The notes: generated by a model from the sequence alone, not told the origin. Positions 12,284 to 25,468 are shown, counted from the stretch's first letter. The stretch is DNA of 64,000 nt from Mustelus asterias (GCF_964213995.1 NW_027590293.1:248001-312000); one strand, 5' to 3'. Program-made: numbers and translations.

Positions 12284-13321
12284 TCACTCGTGAACACGCT
12301 GGTGTTTCAGCAGGTGAGGTGACTGAGTGAATCCCTTCCCACACACGGAGCAGGTGAATGGCCTGTCCCCAGTGTGAATTCGCTGGTGCTTTACCAGGTT
12401 GGATGATTGACTGAATCTCTTACCACAACCAGAGCAGGTGAATGGTCTCTCCCCGGTGTGAACTCGCTGGTGTCTCTGCAGGGTGGATGAATCAATAAAT
12501 CCCTTCCCACAACTGGAGCAAGTGAATGGCCTCTCCCCAGTGTGAACTCGCTGGTGTTTCAACAAGATGAATGACTGACTGAAGCCCCTCCCACACTCAG
12601 AGCAGGTGAACGGCCTCTCTCCGGTGTGACCTCGCTGGTGTTTTAGGAGGTTGAATGATTGAGTGAATCTCTTCCCACACTCGGAGCAGATAAATGGCCT
12701 CTCCCCGTTATGAATTCTCTGGTGTTTCAGCAGGTCGGATGAATCAGTGAATCCCTTCCCACAATCAGAGCAGGTGAACGGCCTCTCTCCAGTGTGAACT
12801 CGCTGGTGTTTCAGCAGGATAGAAGAGGTAGGGAATCCCTTCCCACAATCAGAGCATCTGAATGGTCTCTCTCTAGTGTGAACTCTCTGGTGTGTCAGCA
12901 GGATTGATGAGGTAGCGAATCCCTTCCCACACTCATGACAGTTGAATGGCCTCTCCCCAGTGTGAACCCACCGGTGTTTCAGCAGATGGGATGAACAAAT
13001 GAATCCCATCCCACACTTGGAGCAGGTGAACGGTCTCTCCCCAGTGTGAACTCGCCGGTGTGTCAGCAAGATGGATGAGGTAGTGAATCCCTTCCCACAC
13101 TCAGAGCAGGTGAATGGTCTCTCTCCAGTGTGATTGTGTCGATGAGTTTTCAGTTCAGATGGGAATCTGAATCTCTTCCCACAGTCTCCACATTTCCATT
13201 GTTTCTCCCTGTTGTGACTGCATTTATGTTTCAACAGGCCAGATGATCGGCTGAATGTTCGTCCACACACAGAACAGGTGTACGGTTTCTCTCCACTGTT
13301 AACCGTGCTTTCCCCTTCCAT
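12284..13321 (-). CDS. C2H2 zinc-finger protein, 12 fingers
   Basis: [17 protein letters not shown]... with 12 intact fingers. Acceptor at ~13430. The in-frame leader is separated from the fingers by a single TAA (13346-13348). Confidence 0.9.
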   Translation of the reverse strand: MEGESTVNSGEKPYTCSVCGRTFSRSSGLLKHKCSHNREKQWKCGDCGKRFRFPSELKTHRHNHTGERPFTCSECGKGFTTSSILLTHRRVHTGERPFTCSKCGMGFICSSHLLKHRWVHTGERPFNCHECGKGFATSSILLTHQRVHTRERPFRCSDCGKGFPTSSILLKHQRVHTGERPFTCSDCGKGFTDSSDLLKHQRIHNGERPFICSECGKRFTQSFNLLKHQRGHTGERPFTCSECGRGFSQSFILLKHQRVHTGERPFTCSSCGKGFIDSSTLQRHQRVHTGERPFTCSGCGKRFSQSSNLVKHQRIHTGDRPFTCSVCGKGFTQSPHLLKHQRVHE

Positions 13322-13989
13322 GTTCAAAACCCAATGATATTCAGATTACACTAATTTAGGCGATAGTGTCAGATCCTGATGCGATGTTTGGTTTGAGTTT
13401 TCTCCCTTCCACTCCTGCACTTCTAATATCCTGTAAAAAAAAAGTCCAAAGTTAAAAATTGAAGCAAATATTTCTCTTGGTTTGAGTTTACTGTGTGTAA
13501 ATCCTCCCCTTCTCACCCTCTGGAAAAGGAGACTCCAAAATCTATCAATGTCAGTCCAGGATAGAAATTCACATTTTCTCACAGGGACAGTGATAACCGT
13601 GCCTGTATCCTGCCCCCGAGAAAGATGACAGCCATTAACCCAAGTCTATCAGTGTTTCTCCTTCACTATTTCATGTGATGTGGGTTTCATTGCCAAGACC
13701 AGCATTTATTTCCTGCCCCTGAGGAGGGCAGTTAGAGACTGAATCGCATGTTGACAAGTCTATGGAGAGACAGCAGATGCCCATGAATAAACAGGATGGG
13801 TTTTTTAAATTGTTCACAGCTGTAATGGTTACTCAAGTGAAATTATATTCCAGATTTTCCAGCGTTTTATGAATTCTAATTAAATCCCCCCCAGCTCCAT
13901 GATGGGATTTGAACCCGTCCCCAGAACATTAGGCTGTGTCACTGATGTCACCACCACCTCCCCGATTTTAGAGCTGCTGCAATTACCCC

Positions 13990-14230
13990 CCGGGTCGGTG
14001 CAAACTCGGGCCCGGGGGGGTTTCTTATTCTGGGTTTTGAGGCCTCCTCCACTGGCTGTTTCTGAAGCCTCTGCACTTCCCCGCCTCCCTGCAGCTCCAG
14101 CACCCACACTGCGCATGGGCCAGTCCGAATCCGCACAGCGCATGCTCCACGCGGAATCAGGTACTGCGCCTGCGCAAGCGGCTGATATTGTGACAATACG
14201 GCACATTCTCTCTCGCTGCGAATGCTGGGT
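13990..14230. promoter_or_regulatory. CpG-rich putative promoter upstream of ZNF 12284-13321
   Basis: Local CpG enrichment with several GCGCATG / TGCGCCTGCGC NRF1-like motifs. Confidence 0.5.
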
Positions 14231-14679
14231 AAGAGCACCGCCATAGGAAGGAGACAATGTTCATCACAAAATTGTATTTTATCATCCAATTACAATCAGA
14301 ACTATAGGGTTGCTATATAAAATTATTACACCAATTGATACATCTACCAATGTGCGTGGTGGGATTGTCACTGGACGAGCATTCCAGAGACCCAGGGTCC
14401 TTTTAGAGTCTACCCCATTCTGCCGTAGGTTGCAGCACGACATAGTTGGGTTGGTCACATGGGCAGAACAGTGGTAGATTTCAAAATATATCACCATTCC
14501 TTCACAGTCACTGGGTCAAAATCCTGGAATTCCCTCCCTCACCACATTGTAGGTAAACCCACAGCATACGAGCTGCAGCGATGCAAGAAGGTAGCTCACC
14601 ACCACCTTCTTAAGGGCAACTCGGGATGGCCAACTAGCGACGCCCATGTCCCACAAATTAATAAAAAAATATGGTATTT

Positions 14680-15455
14680 AATCTTGATAAGTGCGAAGTG
14701 ATGCACTTTGGAAGAAGTAACAAGACAAAGAAATAATGAATGAATGGAAGGACACGAGGTAAAATCAGAGGAGCAGATGGATCTTGGGGTACTTATTCAC
14801 TTAAGGTAACAGAGCAGGTGAATAGAATAGATAAGAAGGCATATGAGACACTTGCTTTTATCAGTCGTGGCATACAGTATAAGAACAAGGAGATAATGTT
14901 GGAGGTGTACAGAATGTTGGTTAGGCCACAGCTGGAGTACCGTGTGCAGTTCTAGTCACCTCACTCCAGGAAGGATGTGATTGCACTGGAGGGGGTACAG
15001 AGGAGATTCACCAGGATGTTGCCTGGGATGGAACATTTGAGCTATAAGGAGACTGGATAGGTTTGGAGTGTTTAGAGCAGAGAAGGCTGAGGGGGACATG
15101 ACTGGTGAATAAGATTATGAAGGATATGGACCGGGTGAGTAGAACCCTTGGTTGAGGGGTCAATCATGAGGGGACATAGCTTTAGGGTGCCTGGCAAGAG
15201 AGTCAGAGGAGAGTTGAGAAAAAAAAATCAGAGGGTGGTGGGAATCTGTAATAAACTGCCTGGGAAGGTAGTGGAGGCTGGAAACTTAACAACCTTTAAA
15301 AAGTATTTGGATGAGCACTTGAAATATTATAGCATTCAGGTAAGGATATGGGACAAGTGCTGGAAAATAGGATTAGCATGGGGTTTAGTGGTAGCTATTG
15401 TTGGTGCAGACTCTGTGGGTCGAAGGGTGTTTTCTGCACTGTATGACTATGACTG
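14680..15455 (+). mobile_element. CR1 LINE 3' fragment
   Basis: VYRMLVRPQLEYRVQF and QRVVGICNKLP, ending in a (tatgac)n tail. Confidence 0.8.
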
Positions 15456-15940
15456 TAACTCTCGCTCAGTCTCTTTCACTCGAACAGTCTCTGTGTCTCT
15501 ATCTATTTCCCTCTTTTGGTCTTTGTTCTATCTGCTCACTGTCTTTGTGCAACTAAATTTCACTGGATTGATTCCTGAGATGAGGCGGTTGTCCTTGGAG
15601 GACATTCAGTGGGATGAGTCTGTCCTCTCTGAAATTCAGAATCATGAGAAGTGATATAATTGAGAAGGGAGGGAAAAGGAAGGATCAGGAAAGCAGCAAA
15701 CACTTGATGTTGTTCCAGGAAAAGTGGGGTCTGGTGGTGTGGATGTCAGGTTTTACACAGCACATGGTCAGCCTGTGGATTCACCCAGGATGAAGAATCT
15801 CTGAATGATTCTATTCAAATCACCCGGAGAGGAAGCTTTGAGAGGAACCATCTAAGACGGAGCAGCACATAAAGATATCCAAACACAGAGATCCAAACAC
15901 ACTGTCTCTCCCTGTCTCTTACACAGACATGGGCAAACAT

Positions 15941-16300
15941 AGAGACACACCCACAACCAGACAGACATCTTCATTCATAGACACACACCCACACCCAGAC
16001 AGACATCTTCATTCATAGACACACACCCACACCCAGACAGACATCTTCATTCATAGACACACACCCACACCCAGACAGACATCTTCATTCATAGACACAC
16101 ACCCACACCCAGACAGACATCTTCATTCATAGACACACACCCACACCCAGACAGACATCTTCATTCATAGACACACACCCACACCCAGACAGACATCTTC
16201 ATTCATAGACACACACCCACACCCAGACAGATATCTTCATTCATAGACACACACCCACACCCAGACAGACATCTTCATTCATAGACACAGACCCACACAG
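15941..16300. repeat. 38-bp minisatellite, ~9 copies
   Basis: Unit agacacacacccacacccagacagacatcttcattcat, nearly perfect. Confidence 0.95.
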
Positions 16301-16912
16301 ATAATTCCAGCCGGATCATGTGGAGAATACAGCCCATTCTGACTAATACTGGAGATGAAATAACAGTGTCTTTACAAACCACAATGTTTGAGAAATTCAA
16401 GTAACCATTACCCTCCAGGGACAGTGAGCAGTTCTGAGGACCCATTTCCACTCCTTTCTCTAAACTTGAGTCTACATTGAACAACATTTGGAACAGCAGC
16501 AATGACAAATCACTAACACGGAGCTGCCTCTTGTCAGCCTGGGTGAAGAGCCCTGCTGGGGGATAGTGTAAATTACAGAACAACATCCCTGGGTAATCAG
16601 TGTCTCTTGGTTCTGGAATTACAGAAGATGCTAATTCCCCTCACATTGATGGTCCAGTTAATGAAGAGAATTCTAAGACAGGTTTCAAGCATTCAAGTCA
16701 TTCAAAAATTAAAGCAAAGTTGATTTTAAAAATTTTTTATAATCTGCTCTGGATATGGTTAACATCAGAGCCCAATAAATATAGTTCAGTTCTGGATGTG
16801 ATTAACAGCAAACTCCAATCTGGCTGGTGTGTCAGCACGTTGGATGACTGATTGAATCCTTTCCCACACTTGAAGCAGATGAATGGTTTCTCCCCAGTGT
16901 GAACTCGCTGGT

Positions 16913-17758
16913 TTACAGTGAGAGGAGATGATTGTCTGAACTCAGTCCCACAGTGAAAGCATCTGAACGGACTCGAGTGTGAGCCCGTTGATGGGTCATC
17001 AAGTTCCCAAAACTTTTAAAGCACTTTCCACAGTCTGGGCATTTAAAAGGTCTCTCGTCAGTGTGAATCCGTTGATGGCAGATCAGGTTCGAAGAGTTAG
17101 CGAATTCCTTCCCACATTTGGAGCAGGTGAACGGGTTATCCTCAGTGTGAATCCGTTGGTGTGTCAACAGTTCTGTTGATGTAATGAAAGCCTTCTCACA
17201 CTCAGAGCAGGTGAATGGTCTCTCTCCAGAGTGAATTCGCTGATGAATCAGGAGGTGAAACGACCGGCTGAATTTCTTCCCACACTCGGAGCAGGTGAAT
17301 GGTCTCTCCCCAGTGTGAACTCGCTGGTGTGTCACCAGGTGGGTTGACTGAGTGAATCCCATTTTGCACTCGGAGCAGGTGAACGGTCTCTCTCCGGTAT
17401 GAACTCGCTGGTGTGACACCAGGTGGGCTGACTGAGTGAATCCCACCTTGCACACAGAGCAGGTGAATGGTCTCTCTCCAGTGTGAATTCGCTGGTGTCT
17501 CACCAGGTGGGACAACTGAGTGAATCCTTTCCCACACTCGGAGCAGGTGAACGGTCTCTCCCCAGTGTGACACCGTCGATGAATTTCCAGCTCTGATGGG
17601 GAACTGAATCCCTTGCCACAATACTCACATTTCCACAATTTCTCTCCGTTGTGACTGCATTTATGTTTTGACAGGCCAGATAAATGGCTGAATCCTCGTC
17701 CACACACGGAACACGTGTACAGTTTCTCCCCACTGTGAGCGATGCTTTTTCCTTCCAT
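16913..17758 (-). CDS. C2H2 zinc-finger protein, 9 fingers, with a frameshifted C-terminus
   Basis: Nine intact fingers. A linker deletion at ~16972 puts about two further fingers (CFHCG..., CFKCGKGF...) out of frame. Paralog of 12284-13321. Confidence 0.85.
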   Translation of the reverse strand: MEGKSIAHSGEKLYTCSVCGRGFSHLSGLSKHKCSHNGEKLWKCEYCGKGFSSPSELEIHRRCHTGERPFTCSECGKGFTQLSHLVRHQRIHTGERPFTCSVCKVGFTQSAHLVSHQRVHTGERPFTCSECKMGFTQSTHLVTHQRVHTGERPFTCSECGKKFSRSFHLLIHQRIHSGERPFTCSECEKAFITSTELLTHQRIHTEDNPFTCSKCGKEFANSSNLICHQRIHTDERPFKCPDCGKCFKSFGNLMTHQRAHTRVRSDAFTVGLSSDNHLLSL

Positions 17759-18579
17759 GTTCAAAATCCAATGATACGCATATTACGATAAATTGGGCGA
17801 CTCTGTCAGATCCTGATGTGATGTTTGGTTTCAGTTTTCCGACTGCAAATCCTCACCTTTGAATATGCTGTGAAATTGATTTAAAAAAGAAAAAAGGGAG
17901 TGAGAGAGAACCCACAAAAACACAAAGGCAGGTTGTGAAATGGAGCTGAATGAATCTGGTAATTTGTGGGGCCGGCACTGGGAAAAAGAGACCAAGAAAA
18001 CTGATGGATTGTCATAAAAACTCAACTGGTTCACTAATGTCCTTCAGGGAAGGGAACCTTTGAGCCAGTCTGAACCTATACAAGACCAGAGCTTCAAGGT
18101 GAAGAGGCAGCGGATGGGCGGGATTAAGAGATGTGGGAGGAGAAGAGGTGAAGGAAAGGATACATCTACAACCAGACAGAAACCCCCAAACCCTCAACTT
18201 CCACCATTTAGAAAGACCAGGTTCACAGGTGAATGTGAACATCATCACCTCAAAGTCACACAGCATCGCGACTGGACTGAGATCCTGTCCTGGATTAGGA
18301 GAAGTTTCCTCCATTTAAAGAGTGAGAAACATGAAACGATTGTCTTCAGTTCACGATACAAACTCCACCCCGTGGACACTGACACCATCCCACTCTGGTG
18401 CTGAAGCAGGCTGTTTACAACCAGGTTCAAATATTTATTTTCTAAATCTGACTTTGCAGGGTCGACAAGGCCGTTTCCCGTGTCAAGGCCTATGCCTGGT
18501 CTGTGGGAGGAGAAGTACTAGTTGGGTACAACTGAGTGGCTTGCTGTGCCACATCAGAGGGAATTTAAGATTCAACCAG

Positions 18580-18911
18580 GGAGCTGACAATGATTCTGAA
18601 GGGTTTGCGGATCCACAAAGTGTTTCCAAATCCTCCCAGCCACCGCCTAACGCTGACTCCGCTTCTCCGGGACAAACAAGCGCCAAGGACAGCAATGACA
18701 CTGCGCATGCTCCACATCACAATGCCCGGAGACTGATTGACGGCAGCTCCGGACCAATAGGAAGAGGAGCGGCTGGTCCTCCAACCAATCTGAGTGAATG
18801 AGGGGCGGGACCTGAAGCATGCGCAGTGCGGGGAATGGCGACGGACGGTTTCCTTTATCCAATTCCCGATGGGGAACTTTAGAAAATTGAACAACATCAA
18901 CATCTGTGAGT
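18580..18911 (+). promoter_or_regulatory. ZNF promoter module plus exon-1 splice donor (ACATCT|GTGAGT, ~18905)
   Basis: CCAAT and GC boxes and GCATGCGC. The donor and the following intron start match 53806-53866 on the minus strand. Confidence 0.65.
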
Positions 18912-19559
18912 AAAACACTTCCTTTTCTCCCCCTTTCCATTTCTTCTCTCATTCTGGGGGAAATTGGGGACCTGCAGCAACTGAAGATAAAGGAAGTGAA
19001 TCCAGGGAGGCTGCAGACTCTGGAAAGATTGGCCCAGGTCTCTCTCTCTCTCAAACCAGAAAATGATCCATTTCTGCCCACTGTTTGCTGTTAGCCAATC
19101 TTCTATCCACGCCAATATGTTATCCCCACAGCATGAATTTTTATTTGCTGCAATAACCTTTCATGTGGCACCTCATCAAATGTCTTCTGGAAATCTAAGT
19201 ACAGCGCATCCACCGGTTTCCCTTTATCCAATTCCCGATGGGGAATTTTAGAAAATTGAACTACACATCAACTATCTCACTCTGTTAAGACCCGAGAATG
19301 AAGCTCAGCAGGACCCGAGGACTCATCAGCCCACAGCTCCAACAGTTTGCTGAGGACTACTTCCCTGGGAATTGTGCTTTTTCAGAGTTCATCCCACACT
19401 TCTGTTTTCTGATTTCCAGCTGTTTCTGAGTTTTAACTGTGTCCTCTATTGTGAACACCGAGGCAAAATACTTGTTCAATTCATCTCCCAGCTCCTTATT
19501 TTTCATCATCAATTCCTGGACTCACTTTCTATTAGACAGTTAAGAAATGAGGTCGAGCA

Positions 19560-20258
19560 AGTGACTGAAATGTCAGTCAGGGAGCACTATTGGGAGCACC
19601 AATAGTTTCAAAATAGTTCTGGAAAAAGATGGGACAGGTCCACAGGTCAAGGCCCTAAACAGGAGCAGGGCCACTTTTGTGGGCATTAGGCAGGATCGAG
19701 CAGATGTCGATTCGGTGAGTTTGTTTGAAGGGAAAGGAATGACTGGCAAATGGGAGGTTTTAAAAGTGTGATATCAAGAGTCCAGGGGCAGTATATTCCT
19801 GTTAAGATGAAGGCAAAGAATGGTAAATTTAGGGATCTCTGGCAGACAAGGGACATTGAGGCTCTGGTCAGGTAAAAGAAGGAAGCAGACATTGGGTTTA
19901 GGCAATTGGGGACAAGTGAATCACTCTGACTATAAAAAGTGTAAGAAAATACTGAAGAGGGAAATCAGGAGGACAAAAAGAGGGTATGATATGGATCTGG
20001 CAGGTAAGATTACAGAAAATTCCAAGAGGTTCCATAGCTATATTAAGAGTAAAAGGGTGGCTAGAGAGAGAATAGATCACCTTAAAAATCAGTATGGCCA
20101 TCTGTGTGTGGAGCCACAGGAGATGGGTGAGATTTTTAATGAATACTTCTCCTCTGTGTTTACTGCGGAGAGCACCATGGGTGCTAAAGAAATAAGGGAA
20201 ACAAGTGGTGATGTCTTGGGCACACGCATGTTACTTGGGAGGAGGTATCTGCAGCCTT
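19560..20258 (+). mobile_element. CR1 LINE internal fragment (endonuclease-RT linker)
   Basis: YKKCKKILKREIRR...NSKRFHSYIKSKR...EIFNEYFSSVFT. Confidence 0.75.
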
Positions 20259-20932
20259 ATAAAAGCAAATTACTGCGGATGCTGGAATCTGAAACCAAGA
20301 GAGAAAATGCTGGAAAATCTCAGCAGGTCTGGCAGCATCTGTAAGGAGAGAAAAGAGCTGATGTTTCTTGTCTAGATGACCCTTTGTCAAAGCTCTGAAA
20401 CATCAGTTCTTTTCTCTCCATACAGATGCTGCCAGACCTGCTGAGAATGGGGAGAGAGTGTGTGGGATGGAGATTTCCAGCTTTTGGGGAATGAGAGAGG
20501 AAAGAATGTTCCATAGAAATTGTCTGTTCTGAATTTCTATCCTGTACTGACACTGATGACTTTTGGAAACTCATTTTACAGGATATTGAAAGAGGAATCA
20601 CAGGCCGAAATCTCAAACGTCACGTCTAGATCTGACAGAGTCTTATTCCTTGGGACCTCAATATCATCGGATTTTGAATCCAGAAGGAGAAATGATTGTC
20701 CAGTCTGTCGATTTGAAAAGATTTGAAATGTCAGTGTGAGTGAAAAAGCATCAACACACTGCCACACTCGAGTGAGAGTGTTCCAATGCACTGACTAAAG
20801 AGCTTTAACCAGTTACACAGTCTGAATAAATATCACACCATTCACAGCGGGGAGAGACTGTAATCTTGTTCTGTGTGTGGACGAAGTTTCAACGAATTGT
20901 CCACTCAAGAGAGACGTAAGGACACCTGCACC

Positions 20933-21802
20933 ATGGAGAAACCATGGAAATGTGTGGACTGTGGGAAGGGATACAGAGCCCCATCTAAGCTGGAAGCTCA
21001 TCGGCGCAGCCACACTGGGGAGAGGCCATTCATCTGCTCTCAGTGTGAGAAGGGATTTAATCATTTACCCAGTTTACAGATACACCAGCGAGTTCACATT
21101 GGGGAGAGGCCATTCACCTGCTCTCAATGTGGGAAGGGATTCAGTCAGGTATCTGACCTGCAGAGACACCAGCGAGTTCACACTGGGGAGAGGCCATTCA
21201 CCTGCTCTCAGTGTGGGAAGGGATTCACTCGGTCATCCCACCTGCAGAGACACCAGCGAGTTCACACTGGGGAAAGGCCGTTCACCTGCTCTCAGTGTGG
21301 GAAGGGATTCACTCAGTCATCCACCCTGCGGACACACGAACGGCTTCACACTGGGGAGAGACCGTTCACCTGCTCTCAGTGTGGGCAAGAATTCACTCAG
21401 TCAGCCGACCTGCAGAGACACCAGCTACGTCACACAGGGGAGAGGCCGTTCACCTGCTCTCAGTGTGGGAAGGGATTCACTCTGTTAACCCACCTGCAGA
21501 GACACCAGCGAGTTCACACTGGGGAGAAACCATTCACCTGCTCTCAGTGTGGAAAGGGATTTGCTCAGTCATCTGACTTGCAGACTCACCAGCGAGTCCA
21601 CACTGGGGAGAGGCCGTTCACCTGCTCTCAGTGTGGGAAGGGTTTCAGAGTTTCATCCCGGCTGCTGAGACACCAGCAAGTGCACGAGGGGTTGGATTCT
21701 GCTGTTATTGTTTCTGCTCTCAATTACATCCAGGACTGCATTTTGTTCATTCTCACAGTTGGTCAATGGGAAGGGTCAGAGGGTTTCTTTGTGTTGGACT
21801 AG
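20933..21802 (+). CDS. C2H2 zinc-finger protein, 9 fingers, with a read-through C-terminal extension
   Basis: Starts MEKPWKC. The stop found in paralogs (CATGAG TGA) is deleted, adding GLDSAVIV... Acceptor at ~20582. Confidence 0.9.
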   Translation: MEKPWKCVDCGKGYRAPSKLEAHRRSHTGERPFICSQCEKGFNHLPSLQIHQRVHIGERPFTCSQCGKGFSQVSDLQRHQRVHTGERPFTCSQCGKGFTRSSHLQRHQRVHTGERPFTCSQCGKGFTQSSTLRTHERLHTGERPFTCSQCGQEFTQSADLQRHQLRHTGERPFTCSQCGKGFTLLTHLQRHQRVHTGEKPFTCSQCGKGFAQSSDLQTHQRVHTGERPFTCSQCGKGFRVSSRLLRHQQVHEGLDSAVIVSALNYIQDCILFILTVGQWEGSEGFFVLD

Positions 21803-21899
21803 CTGGTCTCAGCCTCCAGTGGGCTGATGCTCTTTGAGTCTTTTTGCGAATACCTGGTTTCAAATGTCACAGAGTGACAGGGTGTTAGGAAGCTTAGAG

Positions 21900-22866
21900 A
21901 TATTTAGTCAGAAGGAAACAGAGGTTGGCAGTGCAAAGGTACATTTCTGAATGGAGGGCTGTGACAAGTGACATTCCTCAGCGATCAGTGCTGGGACTTT
22001 TGCTGTTTGTAATATATATAAATGATTTGGAGGAAAATGTAACTGGTTTGATTGGTAAGTTTGTGGACGACACAAAGTTTGGTGGAATTGCGGATAGCGA
22101 TGGGGACCAGCAGATGATACAGCAGGATATGGATCAGTTGGAGACTTGGGCGGAGAGATGGCCGATGAAGTTTAATCCGGACAAATGTGAGGTAATGCAT
22201 TTTGGAAGGTCTAATACAGATGGGAAATATACAGTAAATGGCAGAACCCTTAAGAGTATTCATAGGCCGAGGGATCTAGGTGTACAGGTACACAGGTCAT
22301 TGAAAGTGGCAATGCAGGTGGAGAAGATAGTCAAGAAGGCATATGGCATGCTTGCCTTCATCGGCCGGGGCATTGAGTTTAAAAATTGGTAAGTCATGTT
22401 GCAGCTTTATAGAACCTTAGTTGGACCGCACTTGGAATCTAGTGTTCAATTCTGGTCACCACACTACCAGAAGGATGTGGAGGCTTTGGAGAGGGTACGG
22501 AAAATATTTATCAGGATGTTGCCTGGTGTGGAGGGCATTAGCTATGAGGAGAGGTTGGAGAAACTTGGTTTGTTCTCACTGGAACAACAGAGGTTGAGGG
22601 GGGGGCGACCTGAAAGAAGTCCACAAGATTATGAGGGGCATGGACAGAGTGGATAATCAGAAGCTTTTTCCCGGGGTGGAAGAGTCAATTACTAGGGGGC
22701 ATTGGTTTAAGGTGCGCGGGGCAAGGTTTAAAGGAGATGTACAAGGCAGGTTTTTTACACAGAGGGTGGTGAGTGCCTGGAACTCGTTGCCGGGGAAGAT
22801 AGTGTAAACAGATACGATAGTGACTTTTAAGATGTATCTTGACAAATACATGAATAGCATAGGAAT
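21900..22866 (+). mobile_element. CR1 LINE RT fragment
   Basis: [19 protein letters not shown]...KFVDDTK...FNPDKCEVMHFGR. Confidence 0.85.
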
Positions 22867-22867
22867 A

Positions 22868-23461
22868 ATAGAACAGTACAGCACAGAACAGGCCCTTCGG
22901 CCCACAATGTTGTGCCGAGCTTTATCTGAAACCAAGATCAAGCTATCCCACTCCCTATCATCCTGGTGTGCTCTCCATGTGCCTATCCAATAACCGCTTA
23001 AATGTTCCTAAAGTGTCTGACTCCACTATCACTGCAGGCAGTCCATTCCACAGCCCAACCACTCTCTGCGTAAAGAACCTACCTCTGATATCCTTCCTAT
23101 ATCTCGCACCATGAACCCTATAGTAATGCCCCCTTGTAATAGCTCCATCCACCCGAGGAAATAGTCTTTGAACGTTCACTCTATCTATCCCCTTCATCAT
23201 TTTAGAAACCTCTATTAAGTCTCCCCTCAGCCTCCTCCGCTCCAGAGAGAACAGCCCTAGCTCGCTCAACCTTTCCTCATAAGACCTACCCTCCAAACCA
23301 GGCAGCATCCTGGTAAATCTCCTCTGCACTCTTTCCAGCGCTTCCACATCCTTCTTATAGTGAGTTGACCAGAACTGCACACAATATTCCAAATGGGGTC
23401 TCACCAAGGTCCTGTACAGTTGCAGCATAACCCCACGGCTCTTAAACTCCAACCCCCTGTT
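22868..23461 (-). mobile_element. Young 5'-truncated CR1 insertion
   Basis: Uninterrupted 164-aa C-terminal ORF. Absent from the duplicated arm, where the empty site gcataggaatagagggatatg lies at ~31232-31252. Confidence 0.85.
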
Positions 23462-24625
23462 AATAGAGGGATATGGTCCCCGGAAGGGTAGGGGGTTTTA
23501 GTTCAGACGGGCAGCATGGTTGCTCCAGGCTTGGAGGGCCAAAGGGCTTGTTTCTGTGCTGTAATTTTCTTTGTTCTTCGTTCTGTTTGGAACATCCCAA
23601 ATGCCCATCCAATTTCCTTTTTAATTGTTTATTGTCTCCACTTCCTCCACCCTCATAGGCAGCGAGTTCCAGGTCATTAACATTCGCTGCATCAGAATAT
23701 TCTTCCTCACATCTCCCCCCCCATACCCCTCCATCCCACCCCCCCCCCCCTCCGCCACACCCCCCCTTGCATCCCTGACCCAAAACAAGAAATTTGTGTC
23801 CCCCCTCGTCCTTGTCCCATCAGCTAATGGGAACAGCTTTTCTTTGTCCACCTTATCTAAACCTGTCAGAATCTTGTCCACCTCTATCAAATCTCCCCTC
23901 AACCTCCTTTGTTCCAAGGGGAACAACCCCAGCCAGACATTGACAATAAAGAACAAAGTAACAGAATATGCTCCCCCCTTCCACTTCTTTTCTCATTCTG
24001 GGGGAAATTGGGGACTTGCAGCAACTGAAGGAAAAGGAAGTGAATCCAGTCTGTACATTCCACACATTGTTCGGCCGGTCAGATAGACATGTACCTGTTT
24101 GCCAGCCTGCATGGAGATTTTCAGCTCTCTGTGTCCAGGACAGGAAGGAGGCTTTTGGGATTGAGAGAGGAAAGAATGTTCCATGGAAACTAGAATTGTC
24201 TGTTCTGAATTTCTATCCTCAATTGAAAGTGATGAATTTTGTTAACTCCTTTTACAGGATATCAGAAGGTGAGGATTTTACAGACAGAAATCTCGAATCA
24301 AACATCACGTCCACATCTGACAGAGTCACTCAATTCATCAGGACCTGAATGCTATTGGCCTTTGAACCCAGAAGGAGAAATGTTTCTCTGTTCTGTCTGC
24401 TTTAGCAGTCTTTAAACATCAGTGTGACTGGAACAGGACTGACACACACACACACACACACACACACAATCAACTGAGATTTTCCCGTGCATTGACTGTG
24501 GAAAGAGCTTCCCAGTTACACGGCCGTAAACAATATTGCCCCATCACAGCAGGGCACCATAATATTGTTCTGTGTGAGACTTCAACTGATGGTCAAACCT
24601 GGAGCAACACAAGGATACCTGCACC

Positions 24626-25468
24626 ATGGAGAAACCGTGGAAATGTGGGGACTGTGGGAAGGGTTGCAAAACCCCCTCTGAGCTGCAAACCCATCGACGT
24701 ATTCACACTGGAGAGAAGCCGCACACCTGTTCTGTGTGTGGGAAGGGATTCACTCGGTTATATCATCTGCAGCGACATCGACTGGTTCACACTGGAGAAA
24801 GAGCGTTCATCTGCTTTGAGTGTGGGAACGGATTCGCTCATTTACCCGATCTGCAGAGACACCAGCGCGTTCACACTGGAGAGAGACCATTCATCTGCTT
24901 GGTATGTGGGAAAGGATTTATGCAGTTATCCAATCTGTCAAAACACAAAGTCACTCACAGCAATGAGAAACCCTTTAAATGCTCTGACTGTGGAAGTGGT
25001 TTCAAAAGCTCTCGGGAACTGATGATCCACCAGCGGATTCACACTGGGGAGAGACCGTTCAGCTGCTCTCACTGCACAAAGAGATTTAGAACGTTATCCC
25101 ACCTGCGGGAGCACCAGCGAATTCACACCAGGGAGAGACCGTTCACCTGCTCTGTGTGTGGGAAGGCATTCACTCATTCATCCAGCCTGCTGAGTCACAA
25201 TCTCACTCACACCCAGGAGAGACCCTTTAAATGCTCTGACTGTGGAAGTAGTTTCAAACGTTCTGGGGATCTGGTTATCCACCAGCGCATTCACACTGAG
25301 GAGAGACCGTTCAGCTGCTCTCACTGCACAAAGAGATTTAGAACATCATCCAACCTGCAGGAACACCAGCGAGTTCACACTGGGGAGAGACCGTTCACCT
25401 GCTGTGTGTGTGGGAAGGGATTCACTCAGTCATCCAGCCTGCGGAGACACCAGCAAGTTCACAAGTGA
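24626..25468 (+). CDS. C2H2 zinc-finger protein, 10 fingers
   Basis: 280-aa ORF MEKPWKC...HQQVHK. Acceptor ttttacag|GATATC at ~24258. Confidence 0.9.
   Translation: MEKPWKCGDCGKGCKTPSELQTHRRIHTGEKPHTCSVCGKGFTRLYHLQRHRLVHTGERAFICFECGNGFAHLPDLQRHQRVHTGERPFICLVCGKGFMQLSNLSKHKVTHSNEKPFKCSDCGSGFKSSRELMIHQRIHTGERPFSCSHCTKRFRTLSHLREHQRIHTRERPFTCSVCGKAFTHSSSLLSHNLTHTQERPFKCSDCGSSFKRSGDLVIHQRIHTEERPFSCSHCTKRFRTSSNLQEHQRVHTGERPFTCCVCGKGFTQSSSLRRHQQVHK

Larger units (their letters stand above)
19782..23970 (+). repeat. Left arm of a ~4-kb inverted segmental duplication (partner 30714-34491)
   Basis: The same CR1 fragments, Penelope palindrome, ZNF leader and 3' flank appear in reverse order. Compare ORF pairs 20520/33547 and 21925/31695. 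Confidence 0.9.

Noticed and set aside
12284-13430. KRAB, SCAN, BTB or PR/SET domain attached to any ZNF
   Set aside because: No such motif is recognisable in any frame by eye, so no gene symbols were assigned.
15941-16300. 38-bp array (and the 28-bp and 87-bp arrays) as CRISPR-like
   Set aside because: The units are contiguous with no unique spacers, the context is eukaryotic, and there are no cas genes.
20877-21576. Long alternative-frame ORFs over ZNF arrays ([32 protein letters not shown]), also at 32.4-33.4 kb and 43.0-43.9 kb
   Set aside because: These are shadow frames produced by the 84-bp finger periodicity and biased codon use. Nothing independent supports coding.
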